This document shows, piece by piece, positions 24,791 through 36,330 of a DNA stretch of 64,000 bases. The position numbers and the translations under genes were made by a program. A model generated the notes under the pieces. It had not been told where the DNA came from and did not search any database. It worked only from the letters and a program-made list of their open reading frames with translations. Within the stretch, counting starts at the first letter, position 1, and every line of letters starts with the position of its first letter. The stretch comes from Eledone cirrhosa (Eukaryota), in the NCBI GenBank assembly GCA_964016885.1, contig OZ024744.1, forward strand, positions 115,010,001-115,074,000, read 5' to 3'.

Positions 24791-24939
24791 TATATCACAT
24801 CATCATCATCATCGTTTAAAGTTTATCTTCCACACTAGCATGGGTTAGACAAAAATTGTCCCACTTGAGACATGATTGGTCGGGTGACCGTGTCTTGCTC
24901 ATATAGGGCTGTTATATATAATGTATATATATATATATA

Positions 24940-25417
24940 CCACGATAAATTAATCACGATAAATTAACGGAGTCATAGGCCCTCGCCGTTCCCTGTAAAT
25001 AATGTGCTCAAAGGAGAAGAAATCCTGAGCTCTTTAAAATACAATATGTTGAAAAGGTAACACACTAGAGAGAGATACAGTGCGCTATCAATAAAACAGG
25101 GAAAAAAACCACCAGTGTATGGAATCTATAACCTATGAAAGGCAGACTATAGACACAATAATTAAAAATATAAATTAAAGTGTAAATAAATACCTCTATA
25201 ACTATATAACACACGTACAAATAAAGAGCTCAGGATTTCTTCTCCTTTGAGCACATTATTTACAGGGAATGGCGAGGGCCTATGGCTCCATTAATTTATT
25301 GTGATACTTCGCTCCTTATAACAGTCTTTCCTATCTTTCTGTTTGGTTGAGCACACTTCTCTGAGTGGTTTTGGGCTGCCCTTTCTAGCAGCTCGCCTCT
25401 CTAGTGTGTTACCTTTT

Positions 25418-25425
<8 letters not shown>
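24940..25425. mobile_element. (TA)n-flanked element with nested inverted repeats (Penelope pLTR-like, unclassified)
   Basis: 24955-25035 is the reverse complement of 25222-25303, and 25047-25075 of 25395-25422. Confidence 0.55.
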
Positions 25426-25452
<27 letters not shown>

Positions 25453-26144
25453 CAAAAGGGATATTCAATTTGTTGGTAATTCAACAAATATACCTCAACC
25501 TCATTTGCGTACTCATCTTAATCATCATCATCATCATCATCATCAGCGTTTAACATCTATCTTCCATGCTAGCATGGGTTAGTTGGAAATAGTCCCACTT
25601 GAGGCAAGATTGATCGGCTGACCGTGTCTCGCTTGTATAGAACTGTATCTGGCAGGTTTTCTACGGCTGGATGCCCTTCCTAACACCAACCACATTTATA
25701 GTGTATAATTTGAAATATCTGACTTTTCTTCTCTTTTCCTTCACTATCCAGGAAAAACTTGAACTGTTAAGGTATTTTTCTTGGTTATGTCAATATTTAT
25801 AAAACAAACTTTGTATTTTATCAGATGATAGCATACCAAAGTTTTGGTACCCTTGAAATATATATAATAGAATAAATATGGTTTTATAAATATAGTTTCC
25901 ATTTATTTAATATCATTCATCATCATCATCATCAGGTTTAGCATCCGTGTTCCACGCTTGCATGGGTTTAGACGGGGGTTTTCCCACTTGAGGCAAGAGT
26001 GGTTGTCTTGCTCGCATATATATATATATATATATTCATTTCATTTCTTTTCATTTTTACGTCCACTTTTCCCTGCTTGCAAGGGTGGGACGGGAACTGA
26101 TTCTGGCTTGATTTCTACAGCTGGATGCCCTTCCTAACACCAAC

Positions 26145-26189
<45 letters not shown>

Positions 26190-26804
26190 ATATGCAATGT
26201 AAATGTGCGTGAATGACCAAGCATAGATGAGTTGAGAGTGAAACTGTGTATAAGAGGGATAAGTTGTAGTGTGTGGGATGTAGTGTGATAGTAGTGTTGG
26301 TGGTGGTGGTGGTGATGGTGGTGGGGTGGTGATGGTGGTGGTGGGGGTGGGGTGATGGTGGCAGCAGTGACAGCGATGACGAGGAGGATCGGGAGACCAT
26401 GCCTCACTTGTACGGAAACGTCTCTGGCAGGTTTTCTACAGCTGAAGGCCCCTCTTAACACCAACCACTCTACAGAGTGTGGACTGTGTGCTGTTTGTCA
26501 TGTCACTGACACAGTGGATGGAAGTGGGAGGATGGGGTAGGGTGTGTGGGGTGTATATTGGGTTAAGAGGTGCCTACTGACTGTAGGTTTAAGTTCATAC
26601 GCAAGGGAAGGCTGGTCTTCTGTATAACTGCATAGCACCAAAGATCTTGATCCAGTGTCATTGCCTAATTCTACACACACACACACATATATATACCCCC
26701 CCCCCCCCCACACACACACACTCTCACGAGTGTGAAACTAATAAACCTTTGTTCGTACTGCCTCTCTGTTTTGTTCCCGTTCCATTTTTCACTATATATA
26801 TATC

Positions 26805-27145
26805 ATCATCATTCATCATCATTTAACGTCCACTTTTTCCCTGCTTGCAAGGGTGGGACGGGAACTGATTCTGGCTTGATTTCTACAGCTGGATGCCCTT
26901 CCTAACACCAACCTCATTTACAGTGAGTGCTGGGTGCTTTTTTTCCATGGCACCTCCACGACCACTTTACAGTGGAATGATAGGGATCCCAGTCCCTATC
27001 ATCTCATTTCTACAGCTGAGTAAACTGGAGCAATGTGAAATAAAGTGTCTTGCTCAAGGAAACAACACATCACCCGGTCTGAGAATTGAACTCACAACCT
27101 TTCGATAGCAAAGCCAATGCTCTAACCACTAAGCCATGTGCCTTC
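26805..27145 (-). mobile_element. tRNA-derived SINE family B with RTE-type 3' tail (also 54005-54335; head fragment 38563-38665)
   Basis: Minus head tggcttagtggttagagc...gtgagttcaattctc (A/B boxes). Tail cccacccttgcaagcagggaaaa..ggacgt..(gat)n is near-identical to the RTE tail at 9845-9880. Confidence 0.85.
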
Positions 27146-27207
27146 ATATATATATATAATTCTACGCACACACACATATATATATATATACATATATATT
27201 TAATTCT

Positions 27208-27240
<33 letters not shown>

Positions 27241-27518
27241 CATATATATATAATTATCTCTACACACACACATATATATATATATACATACAAAAACACA
27301 TAAAGAGAAGATCATAGCCAAGAGGTAAAATTACTTGAAAACACCCATCCAAGCACACAGATACATAGATAAATTGAAAAGCAAATGTAAAACAGTGCTG
27401 AAGATGATGATGGTGTGTATATATATATATATATATATATGATTAGCAGCAACACCATTTAATGTCCATTTTTCCATTTTAGCATGGGTCATATATATAT
27501 CATCATCATCATCATCAT

Positions 27519-27578
<60 letters not shown>

Positions 27579-27581
<3 letters not shown>

Positions 27582-27775
27582 GGAACAAGTAGGACCCCGA
27601 CGGCTGAGCTCAACCCGTTTCGATGGCTAAATCTGGACTAAATTAGCCGTCGAAACGGCTTGAGCTCAGCCGTCGGGGTCCTACTTGTTCCTATTATCCA
27701 CTCTACTACCCTAAGTATTGAGTACTTTGGTGCGTTATGGTCCTTCTGGTTCCTTACCACATTTCCTTCATTATA
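27579..27775 (+). mobile_element. (TA)n-flanked element starting with a ~115-bp palindrome carrying only the GAAAC..GTC half of a hammerhead
   Basis: Arms 27579-27630 and 27643-27694; GAAAC-ggct..agcc-GTC at 27652-27674. Related sequence at 60467-60505. Confidence 0.6.
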
Positions 27776-27826
27776 TATATATATATATATATAAGTTAGA
27801 TTATCAATATTAGTATTATTGGGGCA

Positions 27827-27953
27827 CCCACTGATGAATTATAGGAGCCCACTTGAATATATATCTATTGATGGTATACAAGCTCCTACATAAATTGGTA
27901 TAATTTCACCCAAATTGTAGGAATCCTATAATGAAACGAGACGTCCGTCTGGG
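27827..27953 (+). ncRNA. Type I hammerhead ribozyme motif with long branched stem II
   Basis: ccca-CTGATGA-attatagga...tcctataat-GAAACg-agacgtc-cGTC-tggg. All core nucleotides present; stems I, II and III pair; predicted cleavage after C27949. Confidence 0.8.
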
Positions 27954-28128
27954 AAGAGATATATTCGATATGTCTCATTTGAAATAATACAGCCAATTTT
28001 CCACGCAATACTTTTAGTTAGCACCCCGAACGCATAATTGGGAATATAATCACTTATTTCCTAATGTTTGTTGAGTGAGTTGGAATTTGGCCGGAGTATC
28101 GCTAAAAAGCTTTCTCCGATATTGTATT

Positions 28129-28163
<35 letters not shown>

Positions 28164-28222
28164 TACGTAATTCCAAATGAAAAGCAAAGGAAAAAAGAGT
28201 GCTCTATGTATAGAAGAGAGCA

Positions 28223-28460
28223 ATTTAATTAGAAAGTGAACAACACAAAATATAACTACTCCATTAGCAAAGGTTTCTGGATCACAGGCAATAATAATAT
28301 ATACGTCAGATCGTTCATCAGATGTTATAGATAAAAGATATTTTTATCTATATCATCTCTGTCTGACGACCGATCCAGACTTATATTAATATTGTCTGTG
28401 ATCCAGAAACCTTTGGTAATGGAGTAGTTATATAGTGTGTTGTTCACTTTCTAATTAAAT
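28223..28460. mobile_element. Fold-back element with hammerhead motifs on both strands
   Basis: Arms 28223-28340 and 28341-28460 are imperfect inverted repeats. Plus-strand HHR 28357-28424 (ctctgt-CTGACGA...GAAACc-ttt-gGTA-atggag); minus-strand copy 28258-28325 has a stem III mismatch. Confidence 0.7.
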
Positions 28461-28479
28461 ATATATATATATATATTTC

Positions 28480-29462
28480 GTTTTTGAATTTGTTTTGTGA
28501 GATTTCTTATCTGAACACATGTGTTGAAACAGATATTGTTATACTTTGGGAGGGTCATGTTGCCAATAAAAACACATGCACCTGTTGGTTTTCACTTCAA
28601 TTTATTATGAATTTCTGGTTGATTGGTTGGTTCTATAACCGGAAGGCGTTCAAAGCTCTTTCGTCACACATTCTGTGACCGCCTCAGTGACTGGGTTTTT
28701 ATTTTGTGTGTCCCTCCTTTGTTCTTTCCTACACCATCTTGTTGTTGTGTGTTGTGTGCTTAGTTTGCACATGCGTTACATCCGGGTGTGTGGGTGTGTT
28801 TTTATTTTTTTATTTATGTGTTTATTTATGTCACTAGTTGGTTGTTTGTTCTATCTGTGTCTGATTTGTTTTGTTAGTTTGGTTTTTGTGTGTGTCTGTA
28901 TGTCTTCATTTTGTCCTCCACTCATTGGCTTCTGTTTCATTTTGCTTGGAGTTTATTTATATTTGTTGCTTCTGTGATTTGTCTGAACATTGCATCTTTT
29001 CTGTGTGTGGATATAATCTTTATCTCTATGTTCTCTAATGTGCCCCTATGTTCTATTTTGGCATGTTGTGGAGTACTAATGAGTTTTTCCCATCCTGGAG
29101 TTCTCACCAGAGTTCACTTATCCTTTCTCCTATGCTACAGGCTGTTTCACCTATGTATGTTATATTTTTATTCCTACACTGTCACTCAGTACATCTTATG
29201 CTATATACTACGTTCCTAGTTTTGCAGTTAATTTACGGGCTTAGATTACAGACTTTGCATTTCCTATCAACACAGAGTAATCTTTGAAGTGAGTATGTTT
29301 TGCTAATTAGGGTTTTTATGGGAATACCTAGTCTTTCAACTATCTTAATATTTAATTTGAGCTTGTCTAGGGCCCTTCTAAATTTGTAAGCTAGTTCCCC
29401 TCTATGGGTTGTATTGACAAACATTACACTCTGGTATTTATTGCTATCATACCATGAGTTTA
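28480..29462 (-). mobile_element. Penelope-like element, 3' part: linker, GIY-YIG endonuclease remnant and pLTR with degenerate hammerhead (28649-28691)
   Basis: In-frame CVDRKCKVC...CKTRNVVYSIRC...TYIGET..IGERISE (GIY-YIG) with stops. Minus strand tca-CTGAGGCg-gtcaca..tgtgac-GAAAG-ag-CTT-tga. Confidence 0.8.
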
Positions 29463-29464
29463 TT

Positions 29465-32400
29465 TCATCATCATCATCAACGTTTAACGTCTATCTTCCA
29501 CGCCAGCATGGGTTTAGACGTGAATTGTCCCACTTGAGGCAAGATTGGTCGGGAGATTGTCTTGCTCGTATAGGACTGTTTGGCAGGTTTTTCTATGGCT
29601 GGATGCCCTTCCTAACACCAACCACATTTACAGTGTGGACTGGGAGGTTTTTACCGTGTTACCTACACGGTCACATTACAGCATGGCCTGTGTGTTTTTT
29701 TACGTGACACCTACACGACCTGATTTGTTTCGGACTGGATGTTGAGGTACCAACATAACTTTACAGAGAGAGGGTGGTATTGATGGGAGTGGGGGTAGGG
29801 TTAGTGGGACGGGGGTGTATATTTGGTTAAGAGGTGCCTACTGACTGTAGGTTTCGCTATGTACATAGGCAAGGCGGGTCTTCTGTATTACTGCGTAGCG
29901 CCAAAGATCTCAGTCCAGTGACATTGTCTTGGAGAGGTGTAAGTGTGTGAGGTTGGAATTTATCAAATCATCCCAGGTTTTTCTGGGTCTACCTACTCCG
30001 TAACTTCATCAATTTTGATCGCCCTGCACTTTTTTATACAGCTGTCATCTTTCATGCGCATCACATGACCATACCAACGTAGTCTTCTCTCAAGTAAACA
30101 GCATCTGATCCCTCTTATTCCTAATTTCTCACTTAGTTCATTTATGCTTTGCCGTTCGCGTATATTACTATTACACATCCAACGGAGCATGCATGCTTCA
30201 TTCCTCTCCAGTCTGCGCAGATCCTCTGCACACAATGCCCATGTCTCACTGCCGCTCGTATGCAGGCATCATACAATCTGCCTTTCATTTTTAGAGAAAA
30301 ACCTTTAGTGGCCAATAGTGGTATAAGCCCTCTGAATTTTTCCATCCTGTTCTGACTCTGGCTACTGTACTTTCAGAGCACCCTCCACCACTGCTCATTT
30401 TGTCACCCAGGTAACGGAAGGTGTCCACTATTTCTATAGAACCATCTGGGCAATAGAAGGAGCTAGTATCCTGTGGGCACTTGCTACTTATTGCACCTGA
30501 GCATCGGCCACATATAAAATCTACATTCTTAGATAGCTTGCCTGTGATCCCTCTACATCTTTTATGTACCCATAGTTTGCATTTGGGACATAAAATGGAA
30601 TTTCTGCCTACTCCTTTCCTACACACTGAGCATGGCCATTTCCCAGAGGGCACCTGTGCCCTATTTTCCTTTCTCCATACTAGAACTTTAGTCTTAGACA
30701 AGTTAACTTTAAGGCCTTTTGATTCTAGACCATGCTTCCATGTTTGGAATTTCCTCTCTAGTTCAGCCATGGATTCAGCTATGAGTGTTAGATCATCTGC
30801 TTATAGAAGTTCCCATGGGCAGCCGGTCTTGAACTCCTCTGTTATAGCCTGAAGGGCAATAATAAATAGGAGGAGGCTAAGGACAGAGCCTTGATGAACA
30901 CCAACTTTTACGCTAAATTCTTCAATATATTCGTTGTTAATTCTAACCTTACTGACTGTTTCTTTATACATGGCTTGTATAGCTCTCACAAGCCATTCAT
31001 CAACACCTAGTTTTTTAAGAGCCCACCAGATAATGGAGCGGGGGACTCTGTCAAAGGCTTTCTCCAAGTCAACAAGTCAACAACAGCTAAGTAGAGGGGT
31101 TTAATTTTAGCTAGGTACTTCTCCTGTAGTTGTTGTACAAGAAAAAGAGCATCTGTGGTACTTTTACCTGACACAAACCCAAACTGCATTTCATCTAGAT
31201 CAATTCACCACTCTCTGATTAGTTGCGCTATAACTCTTTCTGTGACCTTCATGACCTGGTCAACTAACTTAATGCCTCTATAGTTTCCTCTATCTAGAGC
31301 ATCTCCTTTACCCTTATAGCAGTTAATGATGATGCTGCTATGCCAGTCATTTGGTATGATCCCATTCTGTATTACTTGGTTTACTATCCGGGTGACTGTA
31401 GTGTGTCCCACCATTCCAGATGCTTTCAGCATTTCAGCAACTATCTCCGAAGGCCCAGCTGCCTTGCCTGTCTCCATATCTTTGATTGCCTTACTTATTA
31501 TACTACCTTTAACTTGGACAGCTAGTCCCTCTATTGGATCAATTTGGGGCAGACTATCTTTTTCCCATTTATTCTCCTCATTTAGTAGTCTCTCGTAGTG
31601 ACACTTCCAAGCTACCTTCTTATCAGCATCAGTGATGGCAAGTACACCATTATCATTACGGACACACTTCACCCCAACAATATCACGGTTTTCCTTGACA
31701 CATAGTCTAGCAATCCTGAACACCTCACGTTTTTGGTCCTCACGTTGTAGAACATGCTTGAACTTTCTATCCTCTGCTTCCCTTTTTGCAAGGTACACTT
31801 GTCTCCTAGCTTCTGTCCTGGCCACTTGATAGTGCTCTCTACTTCCCCCATCCTGCCATACTTTCCAAGCCTGCTTTTTGGCCTTGATTCTTCATGGGGT
31901 AGGGATTTAGTGTTTACGACAGACACTCTGTCACGTCTTCTGGTGAGGATATAATCTATCTGACTGGTGTGTTCCCCTGATCTATAGGTGATCAGGTGAT
32001 TGTCACGTTTTTTTAAGTTAGTGTTACAGATAGTTAGGTTATTTGCGTCACAGAATTCCAGGATTCTGGAGCCTTCCTCATTTCTAGTACCAAACCTATA
32101 GCCTCCATGGATTCCGCCATAGCCGTCACAATGTTGCCCAACGTGACCATTTAGGTCACCAGCAATAGCTATGTAGTCACTGTCAGTTATTTGGGAGGTA
32201 GTGAGCATTAACGACTCATAGAATCTGTCTTTTATAACGCCAGGCAGTCCAGATTGGGGTGCATAAGCAGATATTATTGTCACAGTAGTTCTGTTTAGGA
32301 CTAGTCTTATTTTAATTATTCTGTCGTTCACTCTATTTACGTCTATTATCTTATCTGCCCACTTTTCTGCTACCATGAATCCTACTCCACCCAGCCCATT

Positions 32401-32960
32401 GTCATTTCCCACCCAGAAAAGCTTATAGCATCGTTTTTTACTCACAATGAATCTAGCAGACCCACCCCTCCACCTAGTCCCTTGAACACAACAAACATCA
32501 ACTTTCTTACGTTCAAGCATCTCTACAACCTCGTTAGAGCGACCTTTTAAGGTGCCTACATTCATGGTATCAACCCTGGATTTTTCGATTTCATTGGGTG
32601 GGTGGAAGGGATGGGTTGGAGGCGCAGGGAGGGGGGGGGGGGTTATGTTAGCCATCCGTGTCTGAAGTAAAGAGGAGTCCTTGCATTCTCATCCGGCAAC
32701 AGGAGGTGAATTTATCTTTATCTTTGATATTGTCATTGAGTGTCCAGATTCTTCAGACTCTCCAAATTCTGTAGTACATCTAGCATATCGAAAAGCAACC
32801 AGGTCTAAACTTAAGGAGTGATAGCCGAGGCGGTGGTTTTGTGAAAGAGATTGGTAAGAGAAACATATTATAAGCCACTGAATTATGATTGGACCAAATA
32901 GTAATGGTGGCGTGTGTAGGCGGGGGGAGGGAAATGGGGAAGTTAACGAGAAGCTTATTT
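29465..32960 (-). mobile_element. Near full-length degenerate RTE LINE (APE + RT) with a ~0.3 kb internal deletion near 31885
   Basis: ORFs 31669-32655 (APE: NVGTLKGR, SAYAPQ, AGDLNGH, SQIDY), 31205-31825, 30801-31067 (EKAFDRV, GVHQGSVLS, then *ADD), 30291-30770 and 29993-30235; (GAT)n tail at 29466-29478. Confidence 0.92.
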
Positions 32961-33301
32961 TTATATAAAGGTCCTACAGATTCGACCTTAATTATGAAAA
33001 GTTAAATGAACGTTTAACTTAAACGGACAATATAAATACTGATAAGTAAATGGACCAAGAAGCATGGAGAGACGACAAGAAAATGAAGGGAATACATTAC
33101 ATTTCTCAAAACGAGAATTCGGCAGTAATGTTCTACAGCAAGATACGAGAAATTCTGATTCATAACTTGAACCGATTTATCTTATATTTGCAGAGAGAGA
33201 GGGAAGGGGTGAGAGAAGATGTAAGCGTATAAACAATGTATGGGGGAGACAGAGTGGGGAAAGAAGGAAGGTTCCTGAAGGAAGATTCCAGAAGGAATTA
33301 A

Positions 33302-33487
33302 TAATTGTTTCTACTTTAGGCACAAGGCCAGCAATTACCCAGTGCATTACTGGTACTTTATTTTATCGACCCCGTAAGGATGAAAGGCAAAGTCAACCTC
33401 GGCGGGATTTGAACTCAGATCGTAAAGGGACGTAACTCTATGCTGGAAAGCATGGCTTCCGACCCTCTACCGATACTGCCAATCCAC
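33302..33487 (-). mobile_element. SINE family A
   Basis: Near-identical to 8755-8936. Confidence 0.88.
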
Positions 33488-33536
33488 TATTTTTATATAA
33501 CGATCCTACAGATTCGACCTTAATTATGAAAAGTTA

Positions 33537-34810
33537 TTCCTAATCCTTTCTATTCTGTTCCAAAATTTGTTCCTATACATGGGTCAGATCCCATTTGTAT
33601 CATTTTCTACCATCTTTGCCCATTTAGTTCTAGCTCCTTTATATACCCTGTTGTGTCTCTCTAATTCTTTGGGGTTGCACATATGGGACATGTTCCTCAT
33701 CCCTCTTACTAAGTTCACAATCAGTATGTTGATTTTCATGTGATCCGAAACAGCTGAGTTTCTGTGGATCAGGTATTTGGAGGTCATGGGTTTGGCATAA
33801 TGGGAATGGAGGATTTGTTTTTTGTTATTAATGGCTTCTAACCAGAGCTCTGTGTCTAGTACAGGAAATCTATGGTTGGGTGTTTATTTGGGTAGTCTAT
33901 AGTAACTCTAATACTCTGGTGGATGGAGTTAGCTATTTGCTGGATGCTTTCTATAGAGTTCTTCTCTAATTCCAGACTGTTCTCCTGTGGGGGTGTTTTT
34001 ACTATGATATTTATGTCATCTACGTAGCAGGAGTACATAGTCAGGGTTATAAAATTGTCGTCTAACTGTTCCTTAAGTCTTCTGTCCCACCATACCATAA
34101 AGAGGCTAGCTATGTCACCTGCAAAGCTTAGACCAATGGCTGCTCCCTCCTCTTGGGCATATGTTTTGCCATTAAACTTGTACATATGTTCCTTAAGGGT
34201 TAGTTTTATACTGGCCCGCACCGCATGTGTGATCCCTGTCTTTAATTCATCATGGTTTTCAGGGGTCCGTATGACTCTGGTCCACCCACTCCATATTTCT
34301 GTGTGGGTCTTCTTTGCCATTGAGGTAATGGTGGGTGGGTGGGTGGTCTGCCTCTTTCTGGCCTTGTGGGGCAGAGGCTGCTGAGGTTATGTGTGTCTAA
34401 GTAATCCTGGTATCAACCCCACGGAGTTCCACATCGCTCTCGCTGATCATTTCTACACATTTTTCCACAGCAAAATCAACGTTGATGGATGGGTATAGTG
34501 ACACTACATCCATGCTACCTATTGTACAACCTGTTAGGTCCCTAGACAGGTTGAGATCGCTGATTTTGCTGAGGAGGTCCTCCGTGCTGTTGCATATATC
34601 TGGGGGTCATTTCAATTATAGGGCATATGATCAGGGAGAGGAAATAGGAGAGTCTGTAGTTGCTAGCAATGTTAGCTCCACAGACTGACCATGCTGGTGG
34701 TTCTGTCATTGGGTCACTATTTACCTTGTGGCCTTAGTGAAGCCCATACAGCGTTGGTATATCGTTGTTCCAGGCCTGGAAGTTGTTGGCAGTCCGTTTA
34801 TTAGGTTGCA
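33537..34810 (-). mobile_element. Penelope-like element, RT part (pseudogenised)
   Basis: GSMDVVSLYPSI near 34500; YKFNGKTYAQEEGAAIG...YVDD (33856-34320); HYAKPMTSKYLIH..SA; ends PMYRNKFWNRIERIR, which continues into NSWYDSNKYQSVMFV at 29460. Confidence 0.88.
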
Positions 34811-34819
34811 TTATGTTAG

Positions 34820-35016
34820 CGGTGAATTGGCAGTATCGGTGGAGGGTCGGACGCCATGCTTTCCAGCATAGTTACGTCCCTTTATGATCTGAGTTCAAAT
34901 CCCGCCGAGGTTGACTTTGCCTTTCATCCTTACAGGGGAGGGGGGGGTCGATAAAATAAAGTACCAGTAATGTACTGGGTAATTGCTGGCCTTGTACCTA
35001 AAATAGAAACAATTAT
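34820..35016 (+). mobile_element. SINE family A
   Basis: gagttcaaatcccgccgaggttgactttgcctttcatcc core. Confidence 0.88.
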
Positions 35017-35229
35017 GGTAGACCACATCAGCAGAGGGTGTTGAGGGTGTTTTCCCTTTCCTCATGCTCTTCCCAAGACTGATTGAAATAAATGGCGATT
35101 GTGGAATGCCACATGCACGCTCACACGTGCACTCAAATGCACACACTCACACATGTTGAGAGTTATTACTTCCCTTCTTCTTACCACACACATCACATAC
35201 ACATGTATCTACACTGACACATACACATA

Positions 35230-35680
35230 CAGCGCATCTCTCTCTCTCCTGCCATCCCCCTCTCTTTCAACTCCTGCAGAAACTTATTCTCTCTCTCGGT
35301 TTCTTTCTTCTCTCTGTCTTTTTCTCAATCTGTGTTTCTCTCTCTCACACATATTCTCTCTCACCCTCTCTAACACTTCCTCTCTTTTAGTCTCTCTCTC
35401 ACTCCTCTCTCCCTCCCCGTCTCTCTCTTTCTAACTCTCTCTCTCCCTTCCTCTCTCTTTCTAACTCTCTCTCCCTTACTCTCTCTTTTTCTAACCCCCC
35501 CCCCTCTCTCCCTCACTCTCTCTCTTTCTAACTCACACTCTCCCTCACTCTCTCTCTCCCTCACTCTTGGCCTCACTCTCTCTCTTTCTAACTCCCCTCT
35601 CTCCCTCATTCTCTCTCTTTCTAACTCACACTCTCCCCCACTCTCTCTCTTTCTAACTCACACTCTCCCTCTCTCTCTCT
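35230..35680. repeat. (CT)n-rich low-complexity tract
   Basis: Direct reading. Confidence 0.9.
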
Positions 35681-35851
35681 AACGTTGTGACAAGTGAAGA
35701 GATGGAGGAGGAGAAGTAAAGAGCCACTTCCTCTCTTTCCCTCTCACTCCCTCATTGGTATTATGCACAAACATAAATACAGAAACATCTGCTAATATAT
35801 ATATATATACAATGATATTAAATAAATGGAAGCTGTATTTATAAAACCATA

Positions 35852-35922
35852 TTTGTTTTATTATATATATTTCAAGGGTAACCAAGACAACATTGGTGCG
35901 CTTTCATCAGATAAAATACAAA
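35852..35922 (-). ncRNA. Minimal type I hammerhead motif (left arm)
   Basis: Reverse complement: ttttat-CTGATGA-aagcgcaccaa..ttggttaccctt-GAAAT-atat-ATA-ataaaa; short palindromic stem III. Confidence 0.75.
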
Positions 35923-36090
35923 GTTTGTTTTATAAATAGAGACATACCCATGAAAATCATACCTTATCCAGTGAATTTCCAGAAAATCATACCTTATCCA
36001 GTGAATTTCCAGAAAATCATACCTTATCCAGTGAATTTCCAATCGATAAGGTATGATTTTCATGGGTATGTCTCCATTTATAAAACAAAC

Positions 36091-36161
36091 TTTGTATTTT
36101 ATCTGATGAAAGTGCACCAATGTTGTCCCTGTTACCCTTGAAACATATATAATAAAACAAA
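36091..36161 (+). ncRNA. Minimal type I hammerhead motif (right arm, C.A mismatch in stem III)
   Basis: ttttat-CTGATGA-aagtgcaccaa..gttaccctt-GAAAC-atat-ATA-ataaaa. Confidence 0.65.
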
Positions 36162-36263
36162 TATGGCTTTACAAATACAGCTTCCATTTATTTAACATCA
36201 TTGTATATATATATATATATTAATTCGAAATATTAACAAAATAGATATTCTTGTGATCAAGTA

Positions 36264-36330
36264 TATTTTATTATACATATTTCAGAGGTACTGATTTAAG
36301 TTCAACAGTACGTCCTCATCAGATAAAATA
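36264..36330 (-). ncRNA. Minimal type I hammerhead motif, related family with a different stem II
   Basis: Reverse complement: tattttat-CTGATGA-ggacgtactg..cagtacctct-GAAAT-atgt-ATA-ataaaata (8-bp stem I). Confidence 0.72.

Larger units (their letters stand above)
35809..36204. mobile_element. (TA)n-flanked ~400-bp palindromic element, 160-bp arms, central 3x30-bp tandem
   Basis: 35809-35968 is the reverse complement of 36045-36204 with few mismatches; gaaaatcataccttatccagtgaatttcca x3 at 35952-36041. Confidence 0.9.

Noticed and set aside
27085-27145. tRNA gene
   Set aside because: tRNA-like A/B boxes are SINE heads followed by SINE body; no full cloverleaf.
35872-36141. Mirror-image 82-aa ORFs on both strands
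   Set aside because: A consequence of the palindrome; non-ATG starts and no protein features.
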